From Candidatus Aenigmatarchaeota archaeon (GTDB taxonomy: Archaea > Aenigmatarchaeota > Aenigmatarchaeia > QMZP01 > QMZT01): a stretch of DNA of 46,979 bases. Both the position numbers and the translations under genes were made by a program. The DNA lies in NCBI GenBank assembly GCA_043808015.1, contig JAZDFI010000028.1, positions 1 to 46,979 of the forward strand, written 5' to 3'. The notes under the pieces are model-generated. The model searched no databases. It was not told the origin of the DNA and saw only the letters and a program-made list of their open reading frames with translations. This document shows positions 46,269 through 46,979 of this stretch, piece after piece (the stretch's first letter is position 1; each line of letters opens with the position of its first letter).

Positions 46269-46979
46269 TACGGACTCAATTCCCACTTAGGGGTTTTCAA
46301 TATAGACCCTTGGGTGAATGTATGGATATGAATCTGAGTCCGAATGAAGAAATCGCTGAAAAATTCTACGAGTTTTGTGTGTCAGAAAACCTTTCAAAAT
46401 CAAGAATCGACAAGCACAGGCACGCACTAAGAAACATATGCAAATGGCTTGAAGTTGGCTTCAAGGAAGCGACAAGAGAGGACATAGAAAAGCTCGTCGC
46501 CAAGATAAACCTGTCCGATTATGCGGATTGGACTAAAAGAGACCACAGGAAGACCCTGAAGAAATTCTACAAGTGGCTTGAAGGCGACGGGGAAGAGTTT
46601 CCCAAAAAGGTAAGATGGATAAAGCTAGGCCAAGTCAACAACAAAAAAACAGCGGAAGAAATGCTGACACAGGAAGAAGTCAAAAGGTTGATAGAAAGCG
46701 CATCAAACATAAGGGACAAGGCCATAATCGCTATTCTGTATGAATCGGGTTGTAGGATAGGCGAACTTGTCGGCCTGAAGATAAAAAGCGTTGTTTTCAA
46801 GGACAATAACCTTGTTCACATACAGGTAACGGGCAAAACGGGTTATAGGCCGATACCGTTGGTTTCTTCTGTCCCATACCTTTCGACATGGATAAACAAC
46901 CATCCCACAAGGAATGACCCTGAAGCAAAGCTGCTTGTGTCCGTAGGCACGATAAACAACGGAAAACCCATAAAACAGG
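46269..46979. mobile_element. Probable left end of an integrative element inserted at tRNA-Thr
   Basis: The integrase starts about 54 nt after the tRNA 3' end and GC drops; the partner att site is not in the window. Confidence 0.55.
46322..46979 (+). CDS. Tyrosine recombinase/integrase, truncated by the window end
   Basis: Not in the ORF track because it has no stop in the window. Manual translation: ...TLKKFYKWL...MLTQEEVKRLIE...RDKAIIAILYESGCRIGELVGLKI...GKTGYR, containing catalytic Arg and Lys motifs. Confidence 0.9.
   Translation, partial: MDMNLSPNEEIAEKFYEFCVSENLSKSRIDKHRHALRNICKWLEVGFKEATREDIEKLVAKINLSDYADWTKRDHRKTLKKFYKWLEGDGEEFPKKVRWIKLGQVNNKKTAEEMLTQEEVKRLIESASNIRDKAIIAILYESGCRIGELVGLKIKSVVFKDNNLVHIQVTGKTGYRPIPLVSSVPYLSTWINNHPTRNDPEAKLLVSVGTINNGKPIKQ

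Overview
Archaeal chromosomal segment. The archaeal assignment rests on rpl40e, RNase P Pop5, DGGGP synthase, NurA, oapABC and tRNAs with bulge-helix-bulge (BHB) introns; a DPANN-type lineage such as Aenigmarchaeota is my inference only. It is mostly housekeeping and metabolic: nadA/nadB, a four-subunit pyruvate/2-oxoacid:ferredoxin oxidoreductase operon plus ferredoxin, acs, iscS/iscU, RNase Z, Dus, parvulin and HIT. It also has four tRNAs (Ser, Gly, Pro, Thr), several AT-rich accessory ORFs, a mosaic surface protein and a tRNA-adjacent tyrosine integrase at the right edge. The standout is porA: a 35-nt hairpin with a textbook BHB splice motif splits it inside the conserved YPITPQ|TH motif, which looks like a tRNA-type intron in a metabolic protein-coding gene. 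Also notable are an orphan ORF with a convergent, TATA-preceded ~81-nt multi-hairpin RNA, a tRNA-Ser carrying three insertions, and an identical 15-bp palindrome upstream of both iscS and iscU.
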